A stretch of DNA of 64,000 nt from the human T2T-CHM13v2.0 reference genome, Homo sapiens. The notes below the pieces were generated by a model. That model ran no database searches and was not told where the DNA came from. It worked only from the letters and a program-made list of their open reading frames with translations. Positions 39,588 to 62,413 of this stretch are shown piece by piece (within the stretch, counting starts at the first letter, position 1; each line of letters starts with the position of its first letter). The stretch is taken from assembly GCF_009914755.1 (NCBI RefSeq), contig NC_060926.1; one strand, written 5' to 3'. Made by a program: the position numbers and the translations under genes.

Positions 39588-41253
39588 CATTAACCAGTGT
39601 TTTCAAGAAGAAATAGCCCTTTCAACAAAAGGTCAAGTTGCTTCCTAAAAATTATGTTATTTTTTGTGTGTGAGACTAATAGCTATAATTCTGAGAAACT
39701 ATTTGATACAACACAGATCTGAGTTTATGTGCTGTGAAAACAGAAACAAAACCACATAATTGAGCAGGGCCCCAAAATCCTGTGGTTTACAATAAAAAAA
39801 ATGGTGTCAGAGGTCCTGTCTGATCAACGTAAATTAAATTAATGTGTTTCTGGGCCCCTGATACCTTTAGGGCCTGAAAGAAAGGTAGGATGGTAGAGTT
39901 GCAAACCTCATGTTTTAGCCTGAGAAATCATGGATTGGAACACAGCTCTGGGCAGCCATGGCATGGCCTCAGGGGTGGTATTCGACCTTCTGTGCCTCAG
40001 TTTCTTCATAGGCCAAGGAGAGATAAGATCAACTATTTTGTAGAATAACTGAAAAAATGAGAGATATTTGCAAAACACATAGAATAACTCTTGGCAGACA
40101 TTCATTTCTAAGTAAAGAACAACTCATTCCTAAATTAGGATTGTATCCCTAAGTATCCAGTGAATGTAATTGTTTTTGAGTAGACCTTTGAAATTGCTAT
40201 ACCTCCCACCAAACTCCTGTAGCTTTAAGATAAGACATGAGCTCTGAACTTTTCTTATACTCTTAGCTGCATATAATTCCTTATGGTATCTTCAACAGTG
40301 GACAGGCTGCTTTATATTAATTCCTAGGAAATGTTCACCCAGGTTCTCTGTACATTAAGATAAACATGAATCTTCAACATCTCATTCATGTTAGAGAATA
40401 GAAAGATCTCACTAAGGCTGTGGGATGGAATGAAAATGAAAATGAATGAATTTGACCAGTCATGTAGCAGCCTGCAGAAAACATCTCCCTAAGGACAATG
40501 CTGAGCAGAACTTTCAAAGTTATAGCGTGTTTTCTTGTGTTAAGGAGTTTTTCTATGGAGAAGAGACAGAAGGAGCTCAACAATTGCTCCTTTAACTTGA
40601 TTTTCTAATTTTAGTTTGTGTATCCCTAGGGCAGTTCAGGCAGAGTTCTTCATATAAATCTCTTAGCTGGAAGAAGACCTCTAGGGTCTAATTTCTCCTG
40701 GAGTTGGATGATATCTCAGCTTCATTCTTAGATTTGCTGGGAGGAAAAAGTCCCTTGGATTAAACATATGTACCCCTATAAATATAAATACCCCTGGAAG
40801 ATAACTTTATCATACACATAGAAGACAATAAAAGGAATTGTATTTGGGGTAGGGTACAAACATGAGAACATGAAGGACCAGGGAGAAAGGTCACTGTGAA
40901 GATATTGAAGGGAGGCTCCAAAAGATCAGAGTTAGAGGAAGTAAACTTTTAGTCCACTACAATATTTGTGTGTCTTGGGGAAACATTTTGAAGCTGCAAT
41001 TCCTACCACCTATCCTCCGATCACCAAGAAGATTCTGAGTTAAACAGCTTTGAGAAGCATCTCGCCTTGCAAAATTTGTTCTTTGGGATTTGGGGATACA
41101 GAATAAAAAGTAAATGGGGATAAGACAAGAGGCCTAAAGTTTAGGTCGGAAGGGGTGTTTTTCATGCTATTTTGAAAAGAGAGCTGTGGGTGCAGCTACA
41201 AAAAGTATGGCAATTGATGGAACAGAAAATCGGTTTTTAAATAAGTTTTCATG

Positions 41254-41552
41254 TCCGGGCACGGTGGCTCACGCCTGTAATCCTAGCACTTTGGGAGGCC
41301 AAGGTGGGCGGATCACTTGAGGTCAAGAGTTCGAGACCAGCCTGGCCAACATGGTGAAACCCAGTCTCTACTAAAAATACAAAAATTAGCCGGACATGGT
41401 GTTCTGTGCCTGTAATCCCAGCTACCCAGGAGGCTGAGGCAGGAGAATTGCTTGAACCTGGAAAGCAGAGGTTGTAGTAAGCCAAGATCGAGCCACTGCA
41501 CTCCAGCCTAGGTGACAGAGAGAGACCCTGTCTCAAAAAATAATAATAATAA
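41254..41552 (+). mobile_element. Alu
   Basis: Alu consensus. Confidence 0.9.
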
Positions 41553-42042
41553 TTAAATTTTAAAATAAATAGTCTTCCTGTGATCTGTGAGTTCCATGTC
41601 TAGTGTATGAGACATACAAGAAGGAGTAAAGTTATTTTTTATTTCGTTTTTGGTGGAAGAATTATGTTTCTGAGATTTTGACAGTTTTCTAGGACTGTGC
41701 TACCTTGGCAATGGCTGTATACGCATTCCAGTGATACTATGTGACTCATGACCAAGTGATTTTACATCTGTAGAGGTAGCTGTGGCAAAGAAGAAAGAAG
41801 GCAGGATCTGGGACAGGAGGCTGATCTTGACCCTGTCACTGTGGGCTGTATGAGGGAGGAAAGGGCAATCCAGTCATAGGAAACAGCCTCCTCTGCTTGT
41901 TTGGTCACTTCTCTAGCTGCAGGAACAGCAGCAACCTTCTCTCTTCAATTGGCTGTTGGCTGAGAGATCCACATCAGCTAATCAATCAGTTGTCTTATAA
42001 CCCAAAATCAAGAGGTGTTGGGCTTTTGATACGACATGGTAA

Positions 42043-42360
<318 letters not shown>

Positions 42361-42462
42361 AAGAGGATTTTTTTAAGGCCACAGATTGAGAGAAAATACT
42401 TGCAAGACACATATCTGATAAAAGTTTTGAAACCAAAAAATGCAGAGATCAATTAAAACTCA

Positions 42463-42888
<426 letters not shown>

Positions 42889-43709
42889 TTAAAAAAAAAA
42901 AAAACTAAAATTACCTGAAGACCACAAATTAAATTAAAAAGCTATTAAGAAGTACAATGGCACATTTAAAGCACATTTAAGTATACACACACACACATAT
43001 ATATACATATATGTATATGGCAAGTCTGAAATTGCTACACCTGCAAGCACAAGAGGAATTATAAGTGCTCTAAAGGAAGAGCTTCCTTTTACATTTTTCC
43101 TGCCACTTCCACAGTACCTGGCTCCCAGACACATAAAAGTTTCTCTCAAGTTTGCAAATGCAGCAGCGTTGTTGCTTCTCTTCATTTGACTCATTTTTGA
43201 AGACTTCATGATTCATTAGCACATTCTTGTGAGATTGGGCAAGGTCAAGAAATCAATGAGACTCAATGCTTGCGTTTGCTGCTTGCTAAGACAAGAGCAC
43301 AGTCCTAGTATGGGAGAATATTTCATGGTGTGACATTCTCATGCATTTAGATTTACAACAACTTACCTTCATGCTCCTGGATAAGTGTGCAGGTCTTCTG
43401 CATCTGAGCTACTTCCATGAGAGATTTGAGACAGTGAGTAATAGTTGAGCCAGGGCCTGAAGTTTGCACCAAACTCTTATGGGTTTTGCTAAACAAGACT
43501 GTACATAAATTCATCAAGCAGTGCACATTTGAAATGGGGAGAATGGAGTTTTTTCAGTTAGTTGTATTTGTGAATGTTTTCTAGGCTAGCATAAAAGTTC
43601 TTTGAACATATCCATTATGCTTTATTCATAACATTTTATTCATTTTATTTAATGGAGATTTGGCCATTAGAGAAACATATTCTGAAAGGAGTAAAGTAGG
43701 TTAGGTCTG

Positions 43710-44420
<711 letters not shown>

Positions 44421-44487
44421 GTCTGATACCCAGGTCTTCCAATCTCCTAAACATGTCCTGACATTTAATAAAAATTGAACCTGACAA

Positions 44488-44881
<394 letters not shown>

Positions 44882-45039
44882 TTACATTTTGACTTTAGAG
44901 TCAAAATAAAGCAAAACGTGACAAAGGAAAACTGAGTTCAAAACACTGAGAAAATGAGATCGCTTGCAAAGGAATTAAGACTTCAGAAAGTTTGGCTCAT
45001 GAAATAATATATGGAAAGAAACACACACACACAATGTTA

Positions 45040-45258
<219 letters not shown>

Positions 45259-45958
45259 CTATCCCACATCTGTAGTCATCAGCACCATGAAAGTCAAGGA
45301 GAAAGTGTAATTTACAAGAAGGAATTCAGGTTTAATCTTGTTCCAGGACTGGTACTACACAAAGTGATTGGGGTGCGGGGTGTTTATCTCAGAGTGCAAA
45401 GTCCCTGCTCAGTGTTATATAATTGCTAAAGCTAATGACTGGCAGAGCAAGGTGTCAGCTGCTTCCTCACATGCCTGCAGACCACTAGTCCAAAGACTCA
45501 AGTGCCCCAGTACCAGGTGACAACTCTCAAAGCAGCCAAAAGGAAAAGCAGGGAAACTCCCAAACACTCTGAATATTGGGGCAGTATTGACAGTCTGCTG
45601 GCCCCTAGCCTTGTACCTTCCAACACCTGAAGCCAGCCCAGGTGGGCATCTGTGCCTTCTCACAAAAGTGCTGGTAGAAAATAGCAGATCCAGCTTTCCC
45701 ATCAGCCTTAAAGAAAGCAGCATTTGCTTCAAGTTGGAGGAGGGAGCTGGGCTTGGTGTGGGGGTGAGCAGTCTAAACGCAGCATAAGATTGAAAATTCA
45801 AACTCCTTTATGGCAATTATTGATTTTGAATGTGCTTTCTCTAACTCCCCTTTCCTCTCTTTTACTGGGCAGATCTCGTAAGTTTTCTAGACATGCTGAG
45901 TTATTGGAGTTCAGTCTGGTTTAAATTCTTGCCCAACTAATTTAAATCTCATGCCTTC

Positions 45959-46333
45959 TGCATTAGTTTGTGAGGGCTGCCATAACAAAGAGCCCCAGAC
46001 TGGGTGGCTTAAAGAGAAAATTGGTTTCTCACTTCTGGAGGCTGGAAGCCCAAGATCAAGGTGTCAGCAGGGTTGGGGCCTTCTGAGGCCTCTCTCCTTG
46101 GCTTGTGGACACCGACTTCTCTCTTTACATGGCCTTCCCTCTGTCTGTGTCTGTCTCCTAACTCCTCTTCTTCTAAGGACACCAGTCACATTGGATTAGG
46201 GCCCACCCTAATGACATCATTTAACCTTAATTACTTCTTTGAAGGCCCTATCTCCAAATACTGTCACATTCAGGTGTACTAGGGGTTCAGACTTCAACAT
46301 GTGAATTGAAGGGGATACAATTCAGCCCAAAAC
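45959..46333 (-). mobile_element. MLT1A/C-like MaLR solo LTR
   Basis: tgcattagtttgtgagggctgccataacaaa ... attcagcccaaaaca. Confidence 0.85.
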
Positions 46334-47436
46334 ACCCTCCCTTTCCCAGCAGAGAGGTGAGGAGCTGCCTCAGGAAAGGTGAGAAGGTGGCCTGGTTCTG
46401 AGATTCCACCACTTCCTCCCTATCAGAGCCTAACTCCTCTGATGTTGGGGCCTGGGAAGGACAATGGAAGAGGAGGGGTAGGCACTTCTTACCTGGGCTA
46501 CAGCAGTTGGTGTCCTCAACTGCTTTTCCTGCCTGTAGTTCCCAGCCTGCCCTTGGTCCTCTTCAGCAAACAGCACACGTGCGACTTCCTCAGAGGGGTG
46601 TGGTGAGCATCCCACTGCACAGCCCCGCAGGAGCTGGCTCCCCTTCTTCCTCCACTCGACTCTTCACTCCTGCAGAAGCCTCAGTGCCCCTGAAGTGCCA
46701 GAGGCCCTCCCCAGAGACCATGCAGCCCCCTTTGAATGCACCAAACAGAGAGATTCGAACCTGGTTATTTCCAGGCTCCTGGAAAACTGTTCTTGCCAAC
46801 CAGATGATGGCCAAGCAGGCCGCTCCAGTTCCCTGCTCAGGGTGGCACAAGGGCAAACTTGCTCATCTCCTGTGTCAGAAGACATCTAACTAATAGGATG
46901 CAGAGAGTTAACCCACATCTTAGAAAGTCAAAGGGAGGTATCTGGCCTCAACCCATCATTTTTTGAGAACATGAGTTTATTTCACCTATGACCTTTGTTT
47001 GGGCTTCATATGCCCATCCCTAGACAATAAGAAAAGTCCCACTCCATTTCTCCATACCCCCAAACCATCATGGCCAAGGGCAGTCAGAATCTATCCCTGC
47101 TCATTCTTGCTGTGATAAATGTGGTCCTTGGGAGTCTAGAGAAGTTGGTTGACAAGAGACCGATGCTGGTGATAAAACAGTTGAATATGGTGAGATCTGA
47201 GCCATATTTGGAGACTGACTTTGCAGTAACAATTTCTGAATCTCTACCTTCCTTCCCTCCACCCTACCATGACTCATCTTGATATTTTAAATCATAACAA
47301 AGCTTTGTACTCATTTCCCAAGGCTCAATAATGGAACCTTCGTCATTTGTGAGGCTTCTAAAATCATTTGACATGACAAAGCAGCCTGTGTTCATTATTA
47401 CAGAGTGGATTCTAGACTCTAAAAAAAAACAGACAA

Positions 47437-47869
<433 letters not shown>

Positions 47870-48381
47870 TTAGAAGATACTGATATATTTTTCCCAGCCC
47901 CAATTTTCTGGTCTTCAACTGTGAGACACTGAGTAGGAATCCAGTCAAATGAAAATACCTGCTATTTTGCATGGTCACTGTGATGATAAGCCATATTGTA
48001 TTCATTATATATTTAGAAGACTTTAAGAGCCAGGTGCCAGACAAAACTGAAGAATGGTCACACATCCTGAGTCAGACAGCCACCAAAGGCAATGATTGAA
48101 ACATTGACAGCAAGCGGGACTCTGCTGGCTCCCTGGACTCTGGAGGCTAAGTTCAGATGGACTTAGATGAACAGCACCTTACCAGCAGCCTCCTTTAGAG
48201 GGGCTGCATGATTAAATGCCAGCACCACCCCAGTCTGAATAACCAACATAGACAATCATGACTTATGTCACGGGGTCCACATATTCTTGGTCTCCCATGC
48301 ACACAGGGGGCTTTCCACTTCAAAAGGAATGCAAAATACAGAATAGGAGTCTTCCTGTTTATCACAGGATATGTCTTATAA

Positions 48382-49322
48382 GTGTGAAAGAAAAATAAAT
48401 CTTGGGATCCCAAGCTCACTAAGCCAAAGGGAAAACTCAAGCTAGGAATGGCATCACACAAAGCTGCCTCCCATTTTGTTCCTAAATAAGATAGCTACAA
48501 AGATAAAAGGCTACATACCTCCCTTACAACTTGCCCACTAGGAAATTCCTTGTGGGTCCCAAGATCTTTACCCTAAAACAGTTCTGTTGAATTTCACCCT
48601 GACAATGTCAATTAATAGCTGATTTTCACAGGTGCAGGACAGAAAGTCATCCTTCTGCTCACCTGAGACAGGTGCATATCTGATTGCTTCTTCTGCCCTC
48701 TGTTCATTTTATCTTATGTAGAAATGCAGATTCACTGGGTTCGATGAATGCGTAAGTGACTATTCCTCTACCCTCCTTTCACATGCGAACAGCTGATCAA
48801 AGACTCAAAAGAATACAAGTGCTTGCCTCTTACTTGCCTACACCTTTAAAAGAAATTTCTGGGCCAGGCGAGGTGGCTCATGCCTGTAATCCCAGCACAT
48901 TGGGAGGCTGAGGTGGGCAGATCACGAGCTCAGGAGATCGAGACCAACCTGGCTAAGATAGTCAAACCCTGTCTCTATCAAAAATACAAAAAATTAGCCA
49001 GGAGTGGTGGCACGCACCTGTAGTACCAGCTCCTCGGGAGGCTGAGACATGAGAATTGCTTGAATACAGGAGGCGGAAGTTGCAGTGAGCCAGGATCACA
49101 CCACTGCACTCCAGCCTGGGCAACAGAGCAAGACTCAGTCTCAAAAAAAAAATTTCTTCCTCTTTCCCCAATGTCCTCCCTTTCCCCTTTAAATATTGAA
49201 GTCCTCAAAATCATCTTTGGAGAAAGACACAGACTTGTCACCTTGTCACCTGGCACCTGCTCAACCTTGGCAAAGTAAACTTCTAAATTGAGACTTGTCT
49301 CAGATACTTTTTGGGTTTACCT
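48382..49322 (+). mobile_element. MER4A-like ERV1 solo LTR interrupted by Alu (48862-49152)
   Basis: tgtgaaagaaaaataaatcttgggatcccaagctcactaagccaaaggg ... ttgtctcagatactttttgggtttac. Confidence 0.82.
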
Positions 49323-50768
49323 AAAAATAATGTCTTGGATTCAAATTTTAAAATACTTGCAATTAAAAGACATTCTAACATCCATTAATTCTTATTTAAA
49401 CCACAGCACCCTAAATTAAGATGGGGGTTGTGTGACTCTGCACATGTCCGGGAGCCTGATCCCCAAATCAGATCTCCTAAGCCAGGGCCCTGGATTTCTT
49501 CACCACTTTATCGGGAATGAGCTCCAGAGGGATGTGGGGGAAGACATGGAGCTGCCACAAAGGAGCACAGCCTGTTGAGTGCCTTGTTGCCATACATGGC
49601 CAACTGGATGTGACTGGACTTCATCTACATGGTGGCCTTGCTTTCCTTGGCTTGGGAGGCACCTTGCTGGTAGGCTCCAGCACTTGGGCTGAGAGGACTG
49701 CAGCTTGACAGCCACACAGACAAACACCTCCATATACACTCTCTGTGCATAGCAGCCCCTCCTCAGGTAGCTGTGAATGCAGCCATAGGGAAATGTGGGC
49801 CTACCAGGGAGGCTCTACTCCCCTTGGCTCCCAGATCTTTCTGCACAAAGGGACATGGCCTGTAGGGAAGTGACCAGAGGAGACAAGTAGACATGGTCAA
49901 ACCAGGCTCCTTCAGTAAATATTTGGGCCAGCTGGGAACATGATGATAAACAATCCTGCTATTAAGGAGCTACAAGACTAAGAGGCACAGACAGATCATC
50001 ATCATATAGCACTGCAGGTGCAAGGAGGAGGTGTGCAAGGGCATCCAGGTGAGATGGCAACCAGGTCCTATAAGACACAGGTGCAAACACATTCCTGTGC
50101 CCCCCAGCCATTCCCTTCCACAAGTCATCCGTCCTTGGTCTTCAATGCTTCTCCCCTAGGTTGAGTGGCTCAGGTCACCACCAGCAGCAGGGCTTTGGAC
50201 TTTGTAGAAGCTAGGTCTCCTGCAAAGCTAGTTCTAGTCTGCTGTCGGCCAGGGAAGGTACCACAAACACTTGCAAGGAGGGAACTTAGCCCTTCTCAGC
50301 TAACTGACACTTTTAAATTCACTTCCCTCCACCGCCCCCCTGCCCCCATCAAAAGAGTACATTGGAGAGCTACTCCAGTAGGCCAGCTATCAAGAGCCCT
50401 GCTTCCGTCTTAGATACTCTACTTAACAGAATGCATTTTGCAGTCACTGTTTCTCCTCCACCTGACTCTAAGCAGGCTTCAGGGCTCTCTCGGCTCCTCA
50501 CTCCAGGGTAAGGAATGAGCTTGCAGTGTTATTAGAAAACACTGCTCAGACATTCATTGGTAGCTCCTGTCAGGAGTGTTTTAAGATTCACTGGAGAGAG
50601 TTGCTGCAAGCATGAAACAGGGGCCAGCCCCGCAACAGGGTAGGCAGGTGGGTGGGGCATGGCTGCAGACAGAGGAGAGCAGAGGGCCTCAGAACGGCTC
50701 GTTCGTCTTTCAAAGGATATACCATGGGTGGTGCTTTGGGCCAGAGCAGTACTTGGCTAACCACTTTT

Positions 50769-51493
<725 letters not shown>

Positions 51494-52130
51494 AACTTTG
51501 ATTCCAGTTCTGAGCAAAATCCAGTCTCCACTCACAGCCTGGGGAGCTAACATAGCTGAAAGAGATCTATTGATGAAAAGTAAGGGTCGGGAGTCTCCAA
51601 GTGTGTAGCCTTGACACTCCTGGAAGGACACTGGGAAACCACTACTGAGAATATTTGGGGGAAGCCTGCCTGCAGGTGCTGAGTTTGTGGAGTGAAGCCC
51701 CTTCTTGTGCTTGGTGGTCCCTGACACTCCACTTACTAATGTCTCTATTATGGGGAGTTTTAGCTTGTTATAAGCCATTTCTCACTATAAGAAGGGCACA
51801 TGTTCATTATATAAAATGTCAAAATTCAGAAATTTAAATAGAAGAGTGTCCTGTTTTCCTACCACCCAAGGAAACTTGATCATATTGTCATGCATTGCTT
51901 TAAAATCTTCACTCTTTTTAATTTTCAAACCAATTTTTGCACCAACAGAAAGCGTATCTGTTACCAGTACTAAAGCGGCCATAGACTTGGTTCACAGATG
52001 AGAACATTTAAACCAGGACACAGCTCCATCACCAAGAGGCTCCTGCTGTAATTGACTGGCAAAGAAGAGACAAGCTTCATTCACTGAGACCACATCGGGC
52101 TGCTGCAGGTGGACGTTTTCATACATCATT

Positions 52131-52517
<387 letters not shown>

Positions 52518-53018
52518 GGACATTTTCATTTCTAACCCTGGATGCATGATCTTCATTAGCACCTATTCCAAGATGCTGCCTCAGGAGGCTTATGCAACAC
52601 ACCAGGCATCATTTTGCACCCTGCCGTATCCTCTACGTTCAACCAGCACCTCACATGGACGATGCCAGGGTCCCGGGATCTTGGTCTTCAGGGGGACCAG
52701 GTAAGAAAGTTGGGGAGGAGTCCTTCCCAGACCATCCCCATTGTGGGGAACAACACAAAAGTCATGCCAAATCCTGTACGTGACAGCTCTCCCTTCTGCC
52801 ACGTGTAGCAGACTTCCTAGCAGGAAGGCAGTGAAACAAGATTTGACTCAGAATTGAATCATTTTTCAGACACTATACAGCTGTGAGTCAGGACCCCTGG
52901 CTTCAGCCGTTTGCTCTCTATGTAACTTGATTAGGTGGCTCAACATCTGGGGTCCTCAGCTTTTCATTAGGAAAACTGGAGATAATCCTGCCTGCTCCAC
53001 CAGGTTGTTGTGAGGTCA

Positions 53019-55910
<2,892 letters not shown>

Positions 55911-57556
55911 CTCAGATTTGGTTCATACACGTCTTCTGCTAGCCCACCCTCAATATCTCCAGTTGCAAGGCATAGGAGGTTCCCCATCTCCTGCCCTACC
56001 TCTTCAGCCATCCCTAAGCTCCCCTCACACCTAGCACTTCTGAATATGATTAAAAAGCACATGACAGCCTTCTGCCTTGGTGCCTTTGCTCACTGTGCCC
56101 GCTCCCTCTGCACTGTTGGTGTCTGCCTGGTTGGCACCTCTGATCTTTCACTCTCTTTCTATAGCAGCACCTCTTCTATGAAATCCCTCCTGCCTCCTGC
56201 CCCTGCCGCCCCAACAGGATAGGTTTCTTCCTTTCTATCCCCCTACAAATTTCCATGACACTCCACAGGTGGGAGTGCCTAAAGGGCCAGAAAATGATTC
56301 TCTTTCTTCTAGGCAGATCTCCCTCTCCACCGTGGATTCTGGGCAGCTCCTGTCACTTGCTCTGGCCAGTGAAAAATCAAATATGTTACAGAAGATGCTT
56401 TCAAAGTGCATGAGCACTGGGCTTAGTCTCTTGTTGCTTTTCAGAATCCTCCAACTCCCATGTGGAAAAATCCAGGTTAGCCTGCTGGATGATGAGCGAC
56501 ACATGGCCCAGTCACCCACTCCCATCTTACTGGTTGAGCCTACCAACCACCAGATATGGGACTGAGGTCATAAGAAATAGTCCAGCCACCAGCCAAGCTG
56601 CCAAATGACCATAAGATACATAAGAGAAATCAGCAGAGATCAGTTGAGCTGGCTCAGAACTATACAACTAATCCTCAGAATCATGAGTTAAATAAAAATG
56701 GTTGTTTTAAACTACCAAATTTTGAAGTGTTTGTTACACAGCAAGTGGTAACTGATACACCCTACATAATATTTGATTAAACTTATTCATTTACTTATCT
56801 TCCTATTCAATAGTGAGTACCTTGAAAGTAGGAATTTTGTGTTTTATTTATCTTTGGATCCATAGCATCTACCACTGGGTATAGAACATGGTAGGAGCTC
56901 AATAAATGTTGAGCTCAATAAGTGTTCATTAGGTCCCTAAGTGAATGAATATAAAAATATTTTACTCAACTAGCTTCCTATTGATTAGGTGGGTTATTAT
57001 GCAAAGATGAAAGACAGCTCTAATGCTTGCTACTTTTCTCCTAAATTTCTAGATTTTATTTCCTACACAAGATCTAAGAAATTGAGGGAGAATAGTCTCA
57101 GTGATTTTGGTAGTGCTTTTGGCCACCCTGCTCCATGTCACTGGGTGTTCCAATGTCATTGGCCAGGGACACCACAGGAAAAGCTGCTGCAGTCATTGGT
57201 GCATTGGCTTAGAAAGTTCATTTCTCCACTTGCCTCCTTCAGACCCCTGGACCCTTCCCAAATACCAGCTCCCCTCAGTTCGCAAGTGCTTCGAGTTGGT
57301 GCCATTGACCTTGACTCAGACCCAGCCACTCCATAGAGCACTGCTGCCATCTGTCCCACAGACCATGGAGAGGACTTGAGGCAACAAGTCACGATGTTTG
57401 GCCCTGCAGTGCCTCCAATCAAGCCTTTGGCTATTTGGCCCAGCTCGTTAGGACAGGGAAATGGGTCACCCCCTTTCAGACTCTCTCAATTTTACTAACT
57501 TAAAGAGATGTCAGAAGCAACAAACCCTTGTTTTGAAAATGAGTGATTTTGTTTAT

Positions 57557-57884
<328 letters not shown>

Positions 57885-57943
57885 TAGGAGAAAAACAAAC
57901 TGTTGTTTTGAGTAGTACAGAAATAAGATTTAAGGATATTGCA

Positions 57944-58607
<664 letters not shown>

Positions 58608-58679
58608 TCAAGTGGAGTTTTATTCCTTCATGAAGGTTGCTGAACACATTTTTTTTTAAGGACCTGCTATGGGTCATAC

Positions 58680-59102
58680 TGATATCGTATTGCTTGGTCA
58701 GTCCTAAGACTTCTGTTTTACTGTGAATGCTGGTCAGCTGTACCTGAATTCCAAAGGGAGGTGAGTAATGAGGCATTCCCCATCCTCCCCCTTTCTTATT
58801 ATGGCCTGAGCTAGAATTTCAGATGAACTCTGGAGTGCCCTTGGCCAAAAGGAGCAGTCCATTCAGTCGGTTGGGGGACTTAGAATTTTATTTTTGGTTT
58901 CCAGTGTTTTTCCCAACCACCAAGTAGCAGACAGCAGCTATGTGCCTTCAATTCAGTCCCCACACTCTCTACCTAGGGATAGCATCAGATCTTGTTGACA
59001 AAAAGAGTCAAACTCTGTAAAATATTTGGATAGATTTATTCTGAGCCAAATGTGACAATGGCCCATGACACAGCCTCAGGAAATCCTGAGAACATGTGCC
59101 CC
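58680..59102 (-). mobile_element. Patchwork of ERV1 (MER4 group) and MER21-like LTR fragments
   Basis: gctggtcagctgtacctgaattccaaaggg; tgttgacaaaaagagtcaaactctgtaaaatattt. Confidence 0.6.
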
Positions 59103-59610
59103 CACATTTCTTATTTGAATCTTTACATATGCTAGAACAGATGAACAAAGATGCTTAAGTAATTTTCCTGGCAACATATAAATATAAAGCAAAGCAATGG
59201 ATGTAGTTTATTGAAAATGTTTGCACTAAGTATGTATTTCCATTGATTAAAAGCCTTGTCTGAGGTGGTTGGCACAAGGGGAAATAGCTAGGCTGTGTTC
59301 ATCTCAAACATTCAATACATGTAGCATTCAAAACACTTTAATAGTTAGCCACCTCTTCCTCCTTGTCTCGGCCCCTCAAAGTGCTGAGATCAAAGGTGCG
59401 AACCACCGCATCCAGCCTAAAATCTCCCTTTGATGGATCGCATTAACTATTTAAAAACGTTTTCTCTAATATATGCTACTTATCTAAATCACAGTCTCCA
59501 GATTTAGAGAATTCTATTCAAAGAGAAGGGTGTCCCCATAGCCTTACATAGCAAATAGCAAGATTAGACCTCTAAGAATTTCAACTAATTAAATTATTAA
59601 CTATAAAATA

Positions 59611-60072
<462 letters not shown>

Positions 60073-60150
60073 TAAAAAGGGAGATTTTAGATAAATATTT
60101 TCTTCCTTTAATAACACTGATATCCAAAACCTCTTTAAAGATACAATCTT

Positions 60151-61392
<1,242 letters not shown>

Positions 61393-61434
61393 TTACGATA
61401 ATTGTTGTCACATGATATAAGCTTCAATTATTTC

Positions 61435-61751
61435 ATAACACTGGTCCTGTCCTTCTTTCAAAACATCATAGCTGACTCAACACTAGATGGGTAAGAAATG
61501 CTATATTTTGCTTCCCTGATTCTCAAAACTATAAAAAAGATACAACTTTGAAAAGTTTCATAGAGTAGGCTGGGAAACACTGATGTCACGTTGCAGAAAA
61601 ATCTAGGCTCTGAAATAACACCACGTCCCACCCAACCCAACCCCACCCTGTTTTCCCTTATCTCTGATAGCTGAGTGATTATGTTAGCAAAAAGCAAGAG
61701 GATTTTAAAATTGAATGTGCCTCCCAAGAGCTCTCAGTGTACCAGGGCTGA
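61435..61751 (+). repeat. Left arm of long inverted repeat
   Basis: Reverse complement of 62414-62730 with about 20 differences in 317 nt by hand alignment; also visible as near-identical track ORFs 61458..61727(-) and 62485..62682(+). Confidence 0.95.
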
Positions 61752-61767
61752 CTTTTAATATTATTAA

Positions 61768-61953
61768 GGCTGGAGTGGTGGCTCATGCCTGTAATTCCAG
61801 CACTTTGGGAGGCTGAGGCAGGCAGATCACAAAGTCAAGAGTTGGAGACCAGCCTGGCCAACATTGTGAAACCTCGTCTCTACTATAAATACAAAAATTA
61901 GCCGGGCATGGTGGCGCGTGCTTGTAGTAATAATATAGACTCCGTCGCAAAAA
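61768..61953 (+). mobile_element. Alu with most of the right arm deleted, in the spacer of the inverted repeat
   Basis: ...gcttgtagt|aataata|tagactccgtcgcaaaaa followed by (TA)n. Confidence 0.85.
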
Positions 61954-62413
61954 CCATACATATATATATATATATATAATTTAAATATTAACATTTTAAT
62001 ATTAAAATTTCTGAAGATGATTCAGCTCCTTATAGAAAAGGATCCAAGTAAAGCCAGGCTGTTTTCCACCTCCTATTGGAGGACATCTTAGCAAGACAAT
62101 AGATTGTTGTGGGGTTTTGGCTCCATAGTTTGGGGAAGTAGCTTAGGATGAATGTTTGGCATCACCCAGTCTTACAGATGGTCACAGCTTGAAAGAGCTT
62201 GCTCAGATCCTCGTGCATTCAGGTTCTAGCTGGATGTGGCAGAGCATGATTCAGGCTTTCTTCTTCTCACAAACATTTTCAGATAGATATAGCAGTTTGG
62301 CAACCAGGTATTCTATCACAACTGCTTGATAACTGAAAGCCAAACAGCTAGTTCTCTAAGTATGGTTGCCATTTCTCAAGTGCTTGTGAAGCTAGCCCAA
62401 AGGAAACTGCAAA